This document shows, piece by piece, positions 9,668-22,276 of a stretch of DNA of 64,000 nt (position 1 is the stretch's first letter; each line of letters starts with the position of its first letter). The translations under genes and the position numbers were made by a program. The DNA is taken from the NCBI GenBank assembly GCA_977017645.1, contig OZ360246.1, positions 27,528,001-27,592,000 of the forward strand, in the 5' to 3' direction. This DNA is from Torpedo marmorata (taxonomy: Eukaryota). The notes beneath the pieces were generated by a model, which was given only the letters and a program-made list of their open reading frames with translations, had not been told where the DNA came from and did no database searches.

Positions 9668-11996
9668 TAGGGGTGCTGCATCCCAGGGGATTAAATGGTT
9701 TAACACCATGAAATGGCCTTGATGTTACTGCCACGTTCCTGTTGCTCGCTATCACTACTCATTTGAATTTATGTTATTTCAATGGAAGACTGATCTTGTT
9801 TGATCAGGCAAAACCAGGGTCGAGCTATGGAAGGTCAATCGGATTGTCATGGGTTATCAGAACTAGGATGATCCACAAAATGCCAAAGCCCGGCTATAAA
9901 TGCTGTCAAATTTAAATTGTTTCTCGATGTTTGGCATTGAGATTTATTTTAAAATAATGTAGAATTAAATTTATATTTTAGAAATTGATCAAACTACCTT
10001 TAAATAAAATGAACACAATCCCCACAATCCTACTAACCATAATGGAATCTATGGGAGTGTGGATCCTGTCCCAGGTTAGTAGATTCCTAACTAGGGAAAA
10101 TGACACCAGGGTCCTTCTGTGTCACTGATTCCATGAAACCTAATTGTATTTATGATGAGTAAACCCAGCAGCTCCTTACTGGGGAAAAAATATCTGGGCC
10201 AGTATTTCTTGTTAATCTGAAATTTCCATTCTGCATCCTTTCTTAACTGATCGTTTCAAAGTAGTCCTCTGCACATAACTTTCACCTCTGTCTGTATTAA
10301 AGGATCAAATTGTTACCATTACTGAGGTTTTTGAGGTTTCCTTTTCATCATTCTTTTCTCTAGTGACGTGAACATTTAAAAATGCAAATGCTTGAAATGC
10401 AGTACAGTACAACAGAAAATGCTTTAAAAAGCTCGGTTGAAGATTGTTTTTCAAAATTGGGTAAAGAAAGCACTTATTATCTTTATTCCCATTTCTGACG
10501 GTTTTTCCACCTGAAACTTTAGTTGTTTCTGTTTCACGGATATTGTCTGATCTCCCGAACGTTCCCGCCACAGTTGTAGTGAATTTGGATGATGGGCTGT
10601 GCGGATAGTTCGTATGAACTTTGGGTTAGCATAAAAATAACTATTATACTTCGAGCAGGGCATTGTTTCATTTCAAATGTTGCTGTTGCGAAAATAGGCC
10701 CATCATTGCGCCGAGTTTTAGTACTAACGTTTGTAGAAATCGAGAACAGTGTGGAACGCATAATTTCTGCAAAAAGTAGAACAGCTTCTGCTCCGCATGA
10801 TATGCATTGTGTAAAAATGTCGGTATGGCATTCACTTCTCCCAAGAGACTTGTCCAGAAATAACAAGTAATTTATTCCACTGAGGAACGTCAATCATCAC
10901 GAATTATTTAAAAATGAATACAATCGCATTTACGGAGATCATTGTAACTAGAAAGAAGTAGCAAATTGAAACACCTATTTACAGAATGGGAAATATATTT
11001 ACGAAGGGAGGTAAATTCAAATTAGAACGAATGTATTAAAATCTTATTGCGATAGAGATCATTTGATATATTGCAAGATCCACCCAATTTCACGGATTAT
11101 TTGATGACTACATCCAATGAAAGCCCTACAAGGGATGATGACCTTGAAATAAAAGATTGCTTTAGGGAAAGTTACGTTCAACAGTATCTAAATAATAATA
11201 ATTTTCCTTTAGCATTATTGATTTACTAGAATGCCCCAATTTCGAGCTATGTTTCCTTTGCCTACCGCCATTATATGCACCCGTTTGATGCCTGTGATAT
11301 GTCCCGCCATTTTACAGCATTGCACCGCTGGTCGATTGCGAGATTGCAGCAATCGGGAGAGTTTGGAAAGCAGCCACGAGGTGTGTCATGCAGCCAGTTT
11401 AGCTCGTCACTGAGGGAAAGCACATAAATAACTGCTCTCGGGATTTGCTCAAAGTCCAGTTGTTTGTTTAAACGGCCTTGGCCTCTCAAAGTACACACAA
11501 GCCAGTAAACTCCATGCATTTGAATGCGGGTTAAAGTGGAAAACAATCTAATGGCAGCATTCACCGAAATATTTGTGAAAAGTTAGAATGTTACTGCCTG
11601 TGGTTTTCGTAATTACTGTTACAAAAATGTTGATAACATTAATTAAAATGTGTAAATTTTCTGTGTCCTTTGTCCTTATTTGACAGTCACGAATTGCAGC
11701 CATTCGATGTAAATTAAACTATTTCGAAATTATGTGTAACAGTAAAATATTTATGAAAATAATTAAATAAAATACAACTTATTCCTAATAAACACAGGAC
11801 TTCCCTGTTTATCCATTAGCACTAACTCCCCGCCCACCCCTCCGATGCCCAGGGTCAGTATTTTTAGGGAGCATCATGTCTTGAGTAAAATTGGGGCGCA
11901 ACGATTGACCTCAGTCACCTGGGTTTGAAGAGCAAAATTAAATTGTTACATTTTTTGTCATGGTATGACGACTCCTGGAAATACATGCGATCTCTT
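9668..11996. mobile_element. Possible old DNA transposon, unclassified
   Basis: Degenerate terminal similarity (AGGGGTGCTGCATCCCAGG...ACCATGA vs reverse complement of TCATGGT...CCTGGAAATACATGCGATCTCT); interior richer in CpG than host intron, with broken reading frames. Confidence 0.3.
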
Positions 11997-12069
11997 TAGT
12001 TCAGCGATTTAGAGTTGCTGAGGGAGCCCAGTTGATGGATTAAGTACAGGCTCCCCACCGTCAATCTGT

Positions 12070-13583
12070 TATGTTTTTTTACACAGAAATCCCGCAATAT
12101 TTCCGTAATGAAGACCCGCCAATAAGCCGGCTTTGGTCGTTCACACTGAAACGAACAAAGCCAGCATTTTTCCGGGTCAGTATGGCTTTTTACACAGCAA
12201 GCCGGCATTCCGTGAACAAAATGGGCGGGACGTGTAACTCAACAGCGTCTGCGTCTAGTGTCACGAATAACATACCGTATTTGATGGCATGTTAGACCCA
12301 CTTGTTTTTCCCAAAAAATAGCTCAAAAATATTCCCCCGGTCTTATATGCGAGGTTGAAATTAGGGTGATAATGGTGAGTAACGCCGACAGTAACGCTGT
12401 CGGTCCCCGCACTGGTCATTATTGTGTTGAGAAAGTGTCAGGTCCGTGAGAGACGATTCTGGACACAAGGGTTTGCTATCAAATGTTACTTTTATTAACA
12501 CAATTAATAGAAGAGCGTGGGAAAATTGTAGCGGGAATAAAACACGCGCACAATTTATAAAGGAGCGTGGGAAAATACACGCACAATTTAATAAAACATA
12601 CGCACACAATTTATAAAAGAGCGTGGGAAAATCTACTGCAAGTATTGATCTATAGCAGTGGATTTCAAATTTTTTATTTCCACTCACATACCACCTTAAG
12701 TAATCCCTTACTAATCACCGCTGCCTATCGTTGGGGGCTGGTGGCGGGCTGTCGGGGGCTTCAGACTGTTCAAACTAGGACAAGCCCACAGACCAGCTTG
12801 CTCACAATCTGGCAGACCTAGTGTCAAATCTTTGTGCTTTGTGATTGCCCTCACAATCTGGCAGATCTAGTGTCAAATCTACGGTTAGGGTTATGTTGCT
12901 AGTATGCGGGCAGCAGGATAATCATCCCTCTTGTGTTCACTGGTCTCTTCTCTGAGGTTCTGTGTCACTATAAACTGCCACTTTTGGTTGGCCCATGCTT
13001 TCATTACCCTGTGCCTGTTTCTAGCTCTTAGTGAGATCAGTGCCTTACTTCCATTCCGGTACTTCTTGTTCATCTTGATGTGTCCTGGGGTAAATTTATT
13101 CTCTGTATAGTGGGTGACCTTATCTTCACACATTAGGGTGAGGGTTAGGTGTGGGATTTGGGTTAGGGTTCAGGTTAGTGTTAGGGTTAGCGGCCCACAG
13201 CAACAGAGAGCAGGCAGCGGGCCGCGGGAGAGAGCAGGCAGCGGACCAGTGGGCCGCGGGAGAGAGCGGGACAGCGGTATTATTAAAAAGATTTTTCCTG
13301 TTGTCATACTTGCATGTTTTTTCCAAGTTTTAAATGCTTGCCCGTAAAAAGACTAAACAAATTACGGTACACATGCACACCCTGATCCGAATTGGTTCCG
13401 GAATGCCAGAAGCACCTTTTACACTGCAGGCGATCTGGGAATTTTACTGGGTCCCTTTGTGGAAAAAAGACAGGACTGGAATGACCCCCCCCCCCCCATT
13501 CCGTTTCAGTACTTTTTACACAGCAAGCGTTCTGGGAAAAAGGAGAAAATGTCCCGGAACGAAAGGGCAGTGTAAAAAGCATA
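12070..13583. mobile_element. PIF/Harbinger-like non-autonomous element with nested fragments
   Basis: Ends TATGTTTTTTTTACACAG / CAGTGTAAAAAGCATA; internal TTTTACACAG/TG repeats; nested Tc2-like end (~12274), hAT MITE fragment (~12655-12720) and GGTTAG-rich tract (13133-13191). Confidence 0.5.
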
Positions 13584-14504
13584 TGCAACACATCTAGCCA
13601 TTTTATCCCAGCAGGCTGTAAGAGGCCCATATTTTTAGTGCATCAATAGGAAAAGTTTGTGTGACTGTCGAAAACAAGACTACATTGAACTGTATTACCC
13701 CACGTAATCAAGATAAATTATTATTTTGATGAAACACCAGAGTGCTGTCAAAAAATAACTGACAGAGTATTTATCAAAGAATGGTTACAACACAGAAAGA
13801 AATAATACTGGCTATGTGTAAGAACAGCTCACTTCCCCACACTACCCACAGCACTGCATTTCTACATAACATGCAAGAAATCAAGGCCATGTGTGAAAGG
13901 TTGTAGGGGAGATATAATTCAAATTCATAGGAAACAAATTTTACATTTATGCTTTTTAAAATAGCTTTTATATTCTCTTCTATTTTACTGTTCATATTTA
14001 CCTTTAGCATGTTCATTGTTACCTTCATTTTTGCATATTTTTAACTAAGTAAAGTTTTGACCATAATACAGTTTCTGCAGTACATACAAGCTAAGCATCA
14101 AGGGCTCATGCCCAAAATGTCAACTGCATATTGCTTTCCATGGACTTGTTGAGTTCCTCCAGCACTTTTGTGTATTCCACTGAGAATTGGGCTAGTGGGG
14201 TGAAATACATGAACTCTGTTTTTCCTTTGTAGTATCCATGTTTATTTCATTGCTATGCCCTAATAGAATTTAAAGTTTGTTGCAAAAATATATTAGCAGT
14301 TGAGTATTGTATGTTGCATTTTTGTGACTTTATTGACACCAGTGAATAAATATTTTCTTTGGGGGTTGGTATAATTTTATCCTGGAAACTGAAAATCTTA
14401 TTTTGTTAATAATATTGTTGGAATGCTTGTATTTCCGTAACTCGGCAGATTTCTCTTGCATCCCTGTCAACTACTCTCCCTGATTCTCCTCCCTAATGTG
14501 CTAG

Positions 14505-15675
14505 AGAGGTGCAGTATTGAAAGAGACCCTTCAACCCCACCAAGTCTGTGCTGACCATCAACCCTATTTACACTAATCTTACATCAATCCCAACTTTTGT
14601 TCTCCCCACATTCTCAATTACCCCTAGATACTATCACTCATTTACACACGAGAGGCAATCTAGAATACAGGTAGTCCTCAACTTACAACCTACGCGAGTT
14701 ACGTCCACCCGCACATACGACCGAATTTTTTTTGTATTAAAAGTACTGTATATATGTTGAGATTCTTTATTACAGTATTTACTTGAAGTTCATAAAAATC
14801 GTATCACGAAAAAAGCGGGGTCGCGCTAAATCGGGGTTTCAATAAAGCGTTGTTGCAGTTGAAATTAAAACACAAATGCTGGATCAATGGCCTCTTCATT
14901 ACCCATAATCCCCCACGCAGCTGGAAACGCTCTGCGTTTCTCTGGCACTGGCAGAGCGGTTCCAGCTGCGTGGGGGATTATGGGTAACGAAGACGTGTTC
15001 GGGGCGTCGGGAGCTCGGATGGATGGGCGGCCCAGGCAAGGATCTGCGGTCGGGGGCGTCGGGAGCTCCGGGTGGCTGAGGCGTCGGTAGCTCGCATGGG
15101 TGGGTGATCGGGGCGTCTTGTGCTCCGATGAGCGGGTGGCTAGTGCGTCGGGAGCTTGGATGGGCAGGCGGTCGGGGCGTCAGGAGCTCGGATGGGTGGG
15201 CGGTTGGAGCCAAAAATAGGGGCTGGGGGTGAAAGGTATCCGTTTATGGATCACTGATGGTTGAAATGGAGAAAGGAAGAGCTGTTCCATAAGGATGGGT
15301 TTCCCTTGAATTAGCTAGGACCAGAATCCAAGTAAATACAACTAGAGCTGGAAACAAGGCTTTAAACTGAAAATAATGTTGATGGTGGTGGTAGTGGGGG
15401 TGGTAGCAGATATGCGTGGTAGGATGAATCCGACTTACGACCACTCCTTCAGTCCCAATTACGGTCATAATTCGAGGACTACCTGTATTCAATTAATCCA
15501 CCAACCAGCGCATCTTATGCATGTGAGGGAGAAATGGAGAACTGCTGAGGGTGGAGGGGAGAGCAGGATTGACACACGGGTTCCATTTGCAGAATCCACA
15601 CAAACAGCACCCAAGGTCAGGATAAATTGTTGCTCTCTGAAGCTATATGGCAGTACCGCTATCTGTGCTACCAAT
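14505..15675 (-). mobile_element. Old tRNA-derived V-SINE (HE1-like), split by a Tigger MITE
   Basis: Halves 14505-14667 and 15486-15675 join into one SINE resembling the copy at 63285-63527. Confidence 0.6.
14668..15485. mobile_element. Tigger/pogo MITE with internal G-rich tandem repeat
   Basis: TIRs CAGGTAGTCCTCAACTTACAACC / GGTCATAATTCGAGGACTACCTG, TA TSD; GGTCGGGGCGTCGGGAGCTCGGATGGG-type repeats at ~14995-15205. Confidence 0.85.
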
Positions 15676-15817
15676 GTTGTATTTAAAATTCTTGCTTGTA
15701 CTAAAATCAAAAGTTGAAAATAATAGTTTCAATATTGCAGTATTATGTAAAGTATTAATTGTAAGATGTCTTGGGGAGTTTGTATTTTGCATATTTATTT
15801 TTTCTTTTTTTTTTCAG

Positions 15818-16138
15818 ATATGGCCGCGTGGAAAGTGTCAAAATTCTTCCCAAAAGGGGCTCGGAAGGAGGAGTGGCAGCCTTTGTGGATTTTGTGGACA
15901 TCAAAAGTGCACAAAAAGCGCACAATTCTGTCAACAAAATGGGAGACCGAGACCTTCGAACGGATTACAATGAGCCTGGCACTATTCCAAGTGCTGCTCG
16001 GGGATTAGATGATACCGTTCCTATAGGAACTCGTACTAGAGAGGTTTCAGGGTTCAGGGGAGGTGGTGGGGGGCCAACATATGGACCACCACCATCACTA
16101 CATGGACGGGAAGGACGTTATGAACGGAGACTTGATGG
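15818..16138 (+). CDS. SPEN: SPEN coding exon 2 (RRM1 remainder)
   Basis: Polypyrimidine tract + cag acceptor; YGRVESVKILPKRGSEGGVAAFVDFVDIKSAQKAHNSVNKMGDRDLRTDYNEPG...YERRLDG; 321 nt; GG|gtaagt donor; phase matches exon 1. Confidence 0.97.
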
Positions 16139-18362
16139 GTAAGTTCCAAGGTTTCTCTAGGCAGGGTTTTGATAAATAGTGTGAGAAGCAGCAACTCATG
16201 TTTAGGTTCCCCAGATGGATTTAATGAGGAAATCTGTACATTCGTGTCGTTGTTGGATATGGAAGAGAATTGAAACCAGTAGCAGCTCTGGCCTCTTCGC
16301 AGTGGATCTATTCTGCAGCTGGCTGGATGACTACTCCTGGGATAAGTTTGGTTAGTTTGATGGAAGGTTTCTCTCAGTTACTATGGAGTTAACCCTCGTA
16401 ATAAGCTTCCCTTTTTCTCCCTGGATTGCAAGCGGTTCCCTCTGGATGTATCCCTTCGATTGAATGGCTATGATATATCATCCTGGTACAACCAACCTGA
16501 GGAATACTATGGAATTACTAGACCTACTGTTTGAGGCAATATTGAAGTGCATTGAAGACTTTCTACAGTGTCATATTGGCTTTGGCTTAAATGTAAGCTA
16601 TTGATGCACGTTCTTTGGATATGAAATATTTCAGTGAAGATATAGTACTCTTTGATCTACTATTTTCCTTGAAGGATATTACAGCAATGATTTTCAACAT
16701 GAATTCATGGAAAGAAATGTGAAGAATTGAGGACGTAACATACACCAGGGTCTTCATATCTGTACTGTTTTGCTTCATCCCGATTGGATCTTGTGGATAT
16801 TTCTGGTCTAACGATTAAATTGTAGAAGGTTACAAACATTTGGAATTTCATTTTCCCGCATAATGGAATGGAGGGCTTTATCTATTCAACGTGGGATTAT
16901 ATTCATCTTAAAGTAGATGTATGGCAGATTGGATTACTTGGTTTGTGATTCTACTTATTATACCAGTGGACTGTCAAAGGCAATCTGTTAGTGGATGCGT
17001 TACATTTTAACTTTCAGATCAAATGTGAAAATCTTTAAGACATGGCAACTGACTGCTAGAAAATGGATATTGAATGCCTTCTACCAGAAGAAAGCACTGT
17101 GCTCTGGGAGTAACGGGTATAGTTGCTTAATATCGACTCGAATTGGGATACATCTATCTACCATCATACATCCATCTGAACGCACTCCGCATCTCAGAAA
17201 GGTCTTGGGGTTTGGGAATTACTATTAAACTTTGGGAGCTATCTGTTTGAGGCGAATGTACGTAACACTGGCATTGGAAGTTTATCTTTCTTGGGCGTTC
17301 AGTTTTCTTGATACAATCCCCAAATCAATGCGGCACTAGCACTATCCGAAGTTGGATTACCCCTTTAAGAGGGGACCAAATTGGGAATGTTTGTACACTT
17401 TTCTCTCCCTAGATTTAATTGGGATTTAGGTCGTGTTTACTGCAGTCTAAAAAGGTTGGTATGCCCTGCCATGCGTATCTTAGCCCCTCTCCTAACCCAG
17501 TCAACCCTTTCTTTCCACTAACTCCAGTAGTCATTAGCACTGCTAAAAATTCAACCAGCACTTAGCCAATAGAATCTCACTGTCTTGCACCTCTGTTAGC
17601 ATCTTGCCTGTCTTTGTCTTTCATGGATTAGGAATTTGTATTTTATGTGTGTCAGCTGATTGCAGTAATGCTTTGGAATCAGCTTGCTTCTGTTCATTGC
17701 TGAAAGGTCAGTGTAAAATGATTCCATAGTACATTGTAAGCTCAGCTCTATACCTCTGCTGATTAAGTCAACTAGACTCTATGCACAGCTTAGTGGCTTT
17801 GCTACTCAGTGTTTTCTGAATCTATAGAATGTCAATAAAAAAAGTAATACTTAATTTAATATCTTGCATGGAAGAAATTTAGAATGGGAAGGCGTAAAAA
17901 TGATATGAATGAAAATAAAATAACTTAAAAGTTATGAGTAGAATTATGTAAATTCCAGAACTTAAATAACTACATTTCTGGATATTGTTATATTTTTACT
18001 TGGATAAATTACTCAACAAATTAATTAGTCTTTGGTAAATCAAGTTCAATCATCATCTTTCCCAAGTTTTAATTAGGAAATAGAAGCTTAATGTTTAGAA
18101 TTATATTAACTGCATTAAGTAATGAATAAGGAATAGTCTACTGTGAAGGATAAACATTGGAAGAAAGTATTGTTTTTTTATCATTTAATAGCTGCTGATC
18201 ATAATGCTTTTGCCAATTCTTTTATAGTTTCCATTTGCTTAAATTAAAATGCTTATTTTGCCAGTGTTTTGAGGGGATATTTAGGGGATCTTCCTGCTCT
18301 GTGAATAATGCTTGACTGATTCTCCATTTTTTTTCCCTTACTCTTCCCCAAACAAAACACAG

Positions 18363-18827
18363 GGCTTCTGATAACAGGGAGCGTACTTATGATCATAGTG
18401 CCTATGGACACCACGATCGTACAACAGGGTTTGATCGTCCCAGACATTATGAACAGGATTACTATAGAGATCCTCGGGATCGAACTATACAACATGGAGT
18501 TTATTATGTGTCAAGAAGTCGAAGTCCTACTCGATTTGAAGCTCATGATCCACGTTATGAACAAAGAGGGAGGGAACAGTTTGCAATATCAAGTATATAC
18601 CGAGATCTCTACAGGGAAGATATTCCTCGGGAAGTAAGAGGGAGACGGCAGGAAAAGAATTATCAGCACAGCAGAAGTCGATCCCCACATTCCTCACGGT
18701 CAGGAAACCAGTCCCCGCAACGACCTAGCCAAGGACGGTCACGACGATCTCCCAGTGGCAGTGGGTCCCGGAGTAGGTCATCAAGCAGTGATTCAGTCAG
18801 CAGCAGCAGTAGTACCAGCAGTGACAG
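18363..18827 (+). CDS. SPEN: SPEN coding exon 3 (Arg/Ser-rich region)
   Basis: cag acceptor; ASDNRERTYDHSAYGHHDR...SRSRSPTRFEAHDPRYE...SRSSSSDSVSSSSSTSSD; 465 nt; AG|gtaggt donor. Confidence 0.96.
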
Positions 18828-21549
18828 GTAGGTGGAGAGGAGCATACCACAAATAGTTTCCATCGACGCATTCCATTTGACGTCTGAATAAAGGAGATCA
18901 TTTGATGGTTATACTAGTCATCAGAAAAGGTTAAGTGTATGAGTTTGCAATTCAACATTTTAAAAACTCAGTTTGTTGTACTTCTTTATAGTACCACATC
19001 TTGTTTTATTCCTGAGAGTTTTCATAAAAGGAATGTACTTTTAGCGTAAACCCACCTTTGACAAAGCGTATGATACGTCACTAAGATACAAGAGTAATTT
19101 ACTGTTGTTACTAATGAAATCCTAGTGGTAAGGATGTATAATTTACATGTCAATTTTATTAAGGAGCATAGTTACCTATTCAAAAAGTTAAAACTGGTCA
19201 CCATTTTGTGTAGAACACGTGGATAAATTGATGATGATGTTGATGAAAGTAGGTGGTAAGATAACTGTAAACTTGAGTATAATCCCTTTCTCCATGTTAC
19301 AAAGTTTGGCAACATTGTTTACATACTTGAATGTAGATCCTCGCCACAACATTATTCAGTTCAGTATGATCATTGCATCAAGCTAGTTGTATCTGGTTAG
19401 TCTGTTCAGATGCTTTGATATTAGAAATATGTGCATTTCAGTTTTTCAATTAAGTAATTTCTGACATGTATACCCTGTGTTCATAATATTGGAAGCCCTT
19501 TTTTTCAGTCACCTGCTTTATAAGGACTGTTATCAGAAAAATCAGGATGTTTTATCAGTTTTTAATAAACATTTCATTGAGAAAGTATAACTTAATATAT
19601 ATTATTCCATGATAATTAAAGGTGAATTTTAATAATGTTCTATGGCATTGTGTATGTAACAATTGGAAGAAGCTTGTGACATTGTGCTTGAATTTTGACA
19701 ATTGTGACATTATAGATGCATTGGATTAAGAAGCATTACTAAATTAGCCACTAATAACTCCATTGAGTCATGGAGTAATGGAAATAAATAGTATAAATGT
19801 ATTTAAGGGGAACTTGTACAGGGTGATTGAGGGAGAAAAGAATGGTATGCAGAAAAGGCTAGACAAAGTAGGGTTGAGGCTAGCTTATGTAGAATGCACA
19901 AATCAGCACAGCATTGGTGTATGGATCCTACACGTACACAATGAAAAATTTACATTTTCTACAGTTCATTTTAGCTTTGCTCACATTTTTTAGAATTTAA
20001 TATTGTTTTACTTGTTGCATTCTGCTACCTGAAGTGGCAAAATAGCTTGAAGTATCTGCATAGTGGAATCTTTAGTTAGCATTTCCACTAGAATGAAGAA
20101 AATTCTCTCTCATTCCTCAAATATATTAAAGGTTTGTAACTTGCACTTTTGGTATTGCATGGTTTAATTTGCACAGTTTAATTTGCATGGTTTATGTGAT
20201 TAGATCATAACTCCAGTGTTTCCAATGGAATAAATCTGGGATTGGGTGCATTGATAGTGGAGTAATGAAGAATCAGGATTAGTAGGGCTGGTTGCACCTT
20301 AGTGTAATTTTTCTAATGTAAACTATGTACATTTGTAAATGTTTTTCAAGATGTTTAGGCAAAATGGCCGGTGTTGATTAGTGTGCAACATAAGCCAACC
20401 TTAATCCTATTTTGTCTTGCCTTTTCATTGTATCATTTTTCGTCCTTTTCCACCCTGTATAGCTTCACCTTAAATACATTTATGATATTCATTTCCATCA
20501 CTCCATGGATCAATAGATTTTTAATGGCTCTTTAGTTATGTTTCACAATTTTATATATCTCTAAAACAGACATACTTTACATTCACTCTTTAAAAAAAAA
20601 AAAATAAAATAACATTCATATTTTTGAAGACCTCTATTTGGTCACTTTTGAAATGTTTTTAAAGAAAACAGTGTTCCATCCAGTTCCGTTTTCACTGATA
20701 GTTCCTTTGTTGCAAATGTGCAGGGTTTTTGATAATTAATCTTCTAGTATAATAAATCAGAATTGTCACCACACTTCAAATGAGATCTAAGGTTCTACAC
20801 AAATGTAACTTGTATTTTTAAAATTTTTATTCTGGCAATGGTTTGTTGCAAAGGTATGCAGTCTTCAAATTTCTCTGGCCAAATTACACAAATCTCACTT
20901 ATCTATTCTGAAATTTGTCATTTACACTTCAGTCCTGCAAGTTTAATTTGTAGCAATCGTTGTTGATATTGATTAGTGTTGCAATTGGTAAATTGTATTT
21001 CTGATTCCCAAGTCCAAATTGCTAATGGAAACAACAATAGTGACACCAATGCCAATGCTGTAACACACCATCTTCCTATTTTCCACCATTCTCAATAAGA
21101 ATCTATAGCTGCTGAGTTTTCTAGTCTGTTGCCAGCTTACTATGAATTCTGCTACTTGGGTCTTAACCCCATGTGCTATTACTTACGTCTAATATATAAC
21201 AGGATTTTACAATATCTAAACATATTATGCTTACTTTAGGATCTTCACCCACTGCTGCTTTCTTCTACAAAGAATAGTCAAGTCTGATCTATCCTTTTGA
21301 AATCTGTGCTAATTTGGAATCATTGAAATTTCCTTTGACCCAGAACTTAAGGTTAGCAAAGATGTGACAGTGCTTCCTGCCAATGAGAATAAAGTATCTC
21401 ATAAAATATCTAATTCCCATATAATAGTTCCAAGTAAATTCCTTATGTCCAGCAGCTTTGATGTAATTGGATTGAATGAACAGCCAATCTCATTAAAGAA
21501 TTTTGGAGTCAGAAAAACAGGAATCAGCCTTTTGGTTAATTTTAGTGTA

Positions 21550-22276
21550 CAGCCATACCTCGACTTACGCCCCATCGAGTAATATCCGACCACAGATACG
21601 TCCGAGGTCATCATAAGGGTGTCAGTGAAAATGATATTCCCCAAACCTGGACACCGAAGGCGAAATGGTTCATTGCTCAACACAGGGAACCGTTGCGTTG
21701 AACAAGAATTCGCCTGGGTCCAATGTTCTTTAAAATAAAACTAAAGCAACCTTTAACTTGTCTCTCCACTTGCTGGCATTGGTTGCGATCTAAACCCGTG
21801 AAAGCCCACGCGTTTCACAGTTGTAACTGACCTCTCCCTCACGCAGAGACCCCGCCAAGTAGTTAGTTTCTGAAACCTCGCCTCGTCAGAACTCGAGTGT
21901 GAAGCTGAATGGTAACACGCCCAAGCAAAAGTTGAAAAAATGAAATGCTTGTGCAAGTTATTAAGGGGGCTTTTACGCTGATGATTAACACGCAAAAAAA
22001 AACTTTGTGAACCCACCGACGACATTCGGTCTCCCGAAATCTACTAAACCAGATCTTAATGACAAAGTCGAAGCTTGTCAATGTATGTGCTGCCCTCTGA
22101 ACGACATCGCTTCCTGTAGACTTAGCACAAGGGAGTTTATCTGAAGGGTATTTAATTTGGGTTCACTAAGACCAAGATAGATTTGACATTAAAACATATA
22201 ATGATCAACTTACGCCCAAATCGATTTGCGTCCCCACTTCCAGAACGTAACCCGGACACACGTTGAGTAATGACTG
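21550..22276. mobile_element. Tigger/pogo non-autonomous element
   Basis: TA-CAGCCATACCTCGACTTACG ... CGTTGAGTAATGACTG-TA termini. Confidence 0.7.

Noticed and set aside
13133-13191. Interstitial telomere (TTAGGG)
   Set aside because: Short, degenerate and embedded in nested transposon fragments; no sign of a chromosome fusion.
20155-20195. Octamer ATTTGCAT motif repeat
   Set aside because: Tiny local duplication in AT-rich sequence with no supporting context.
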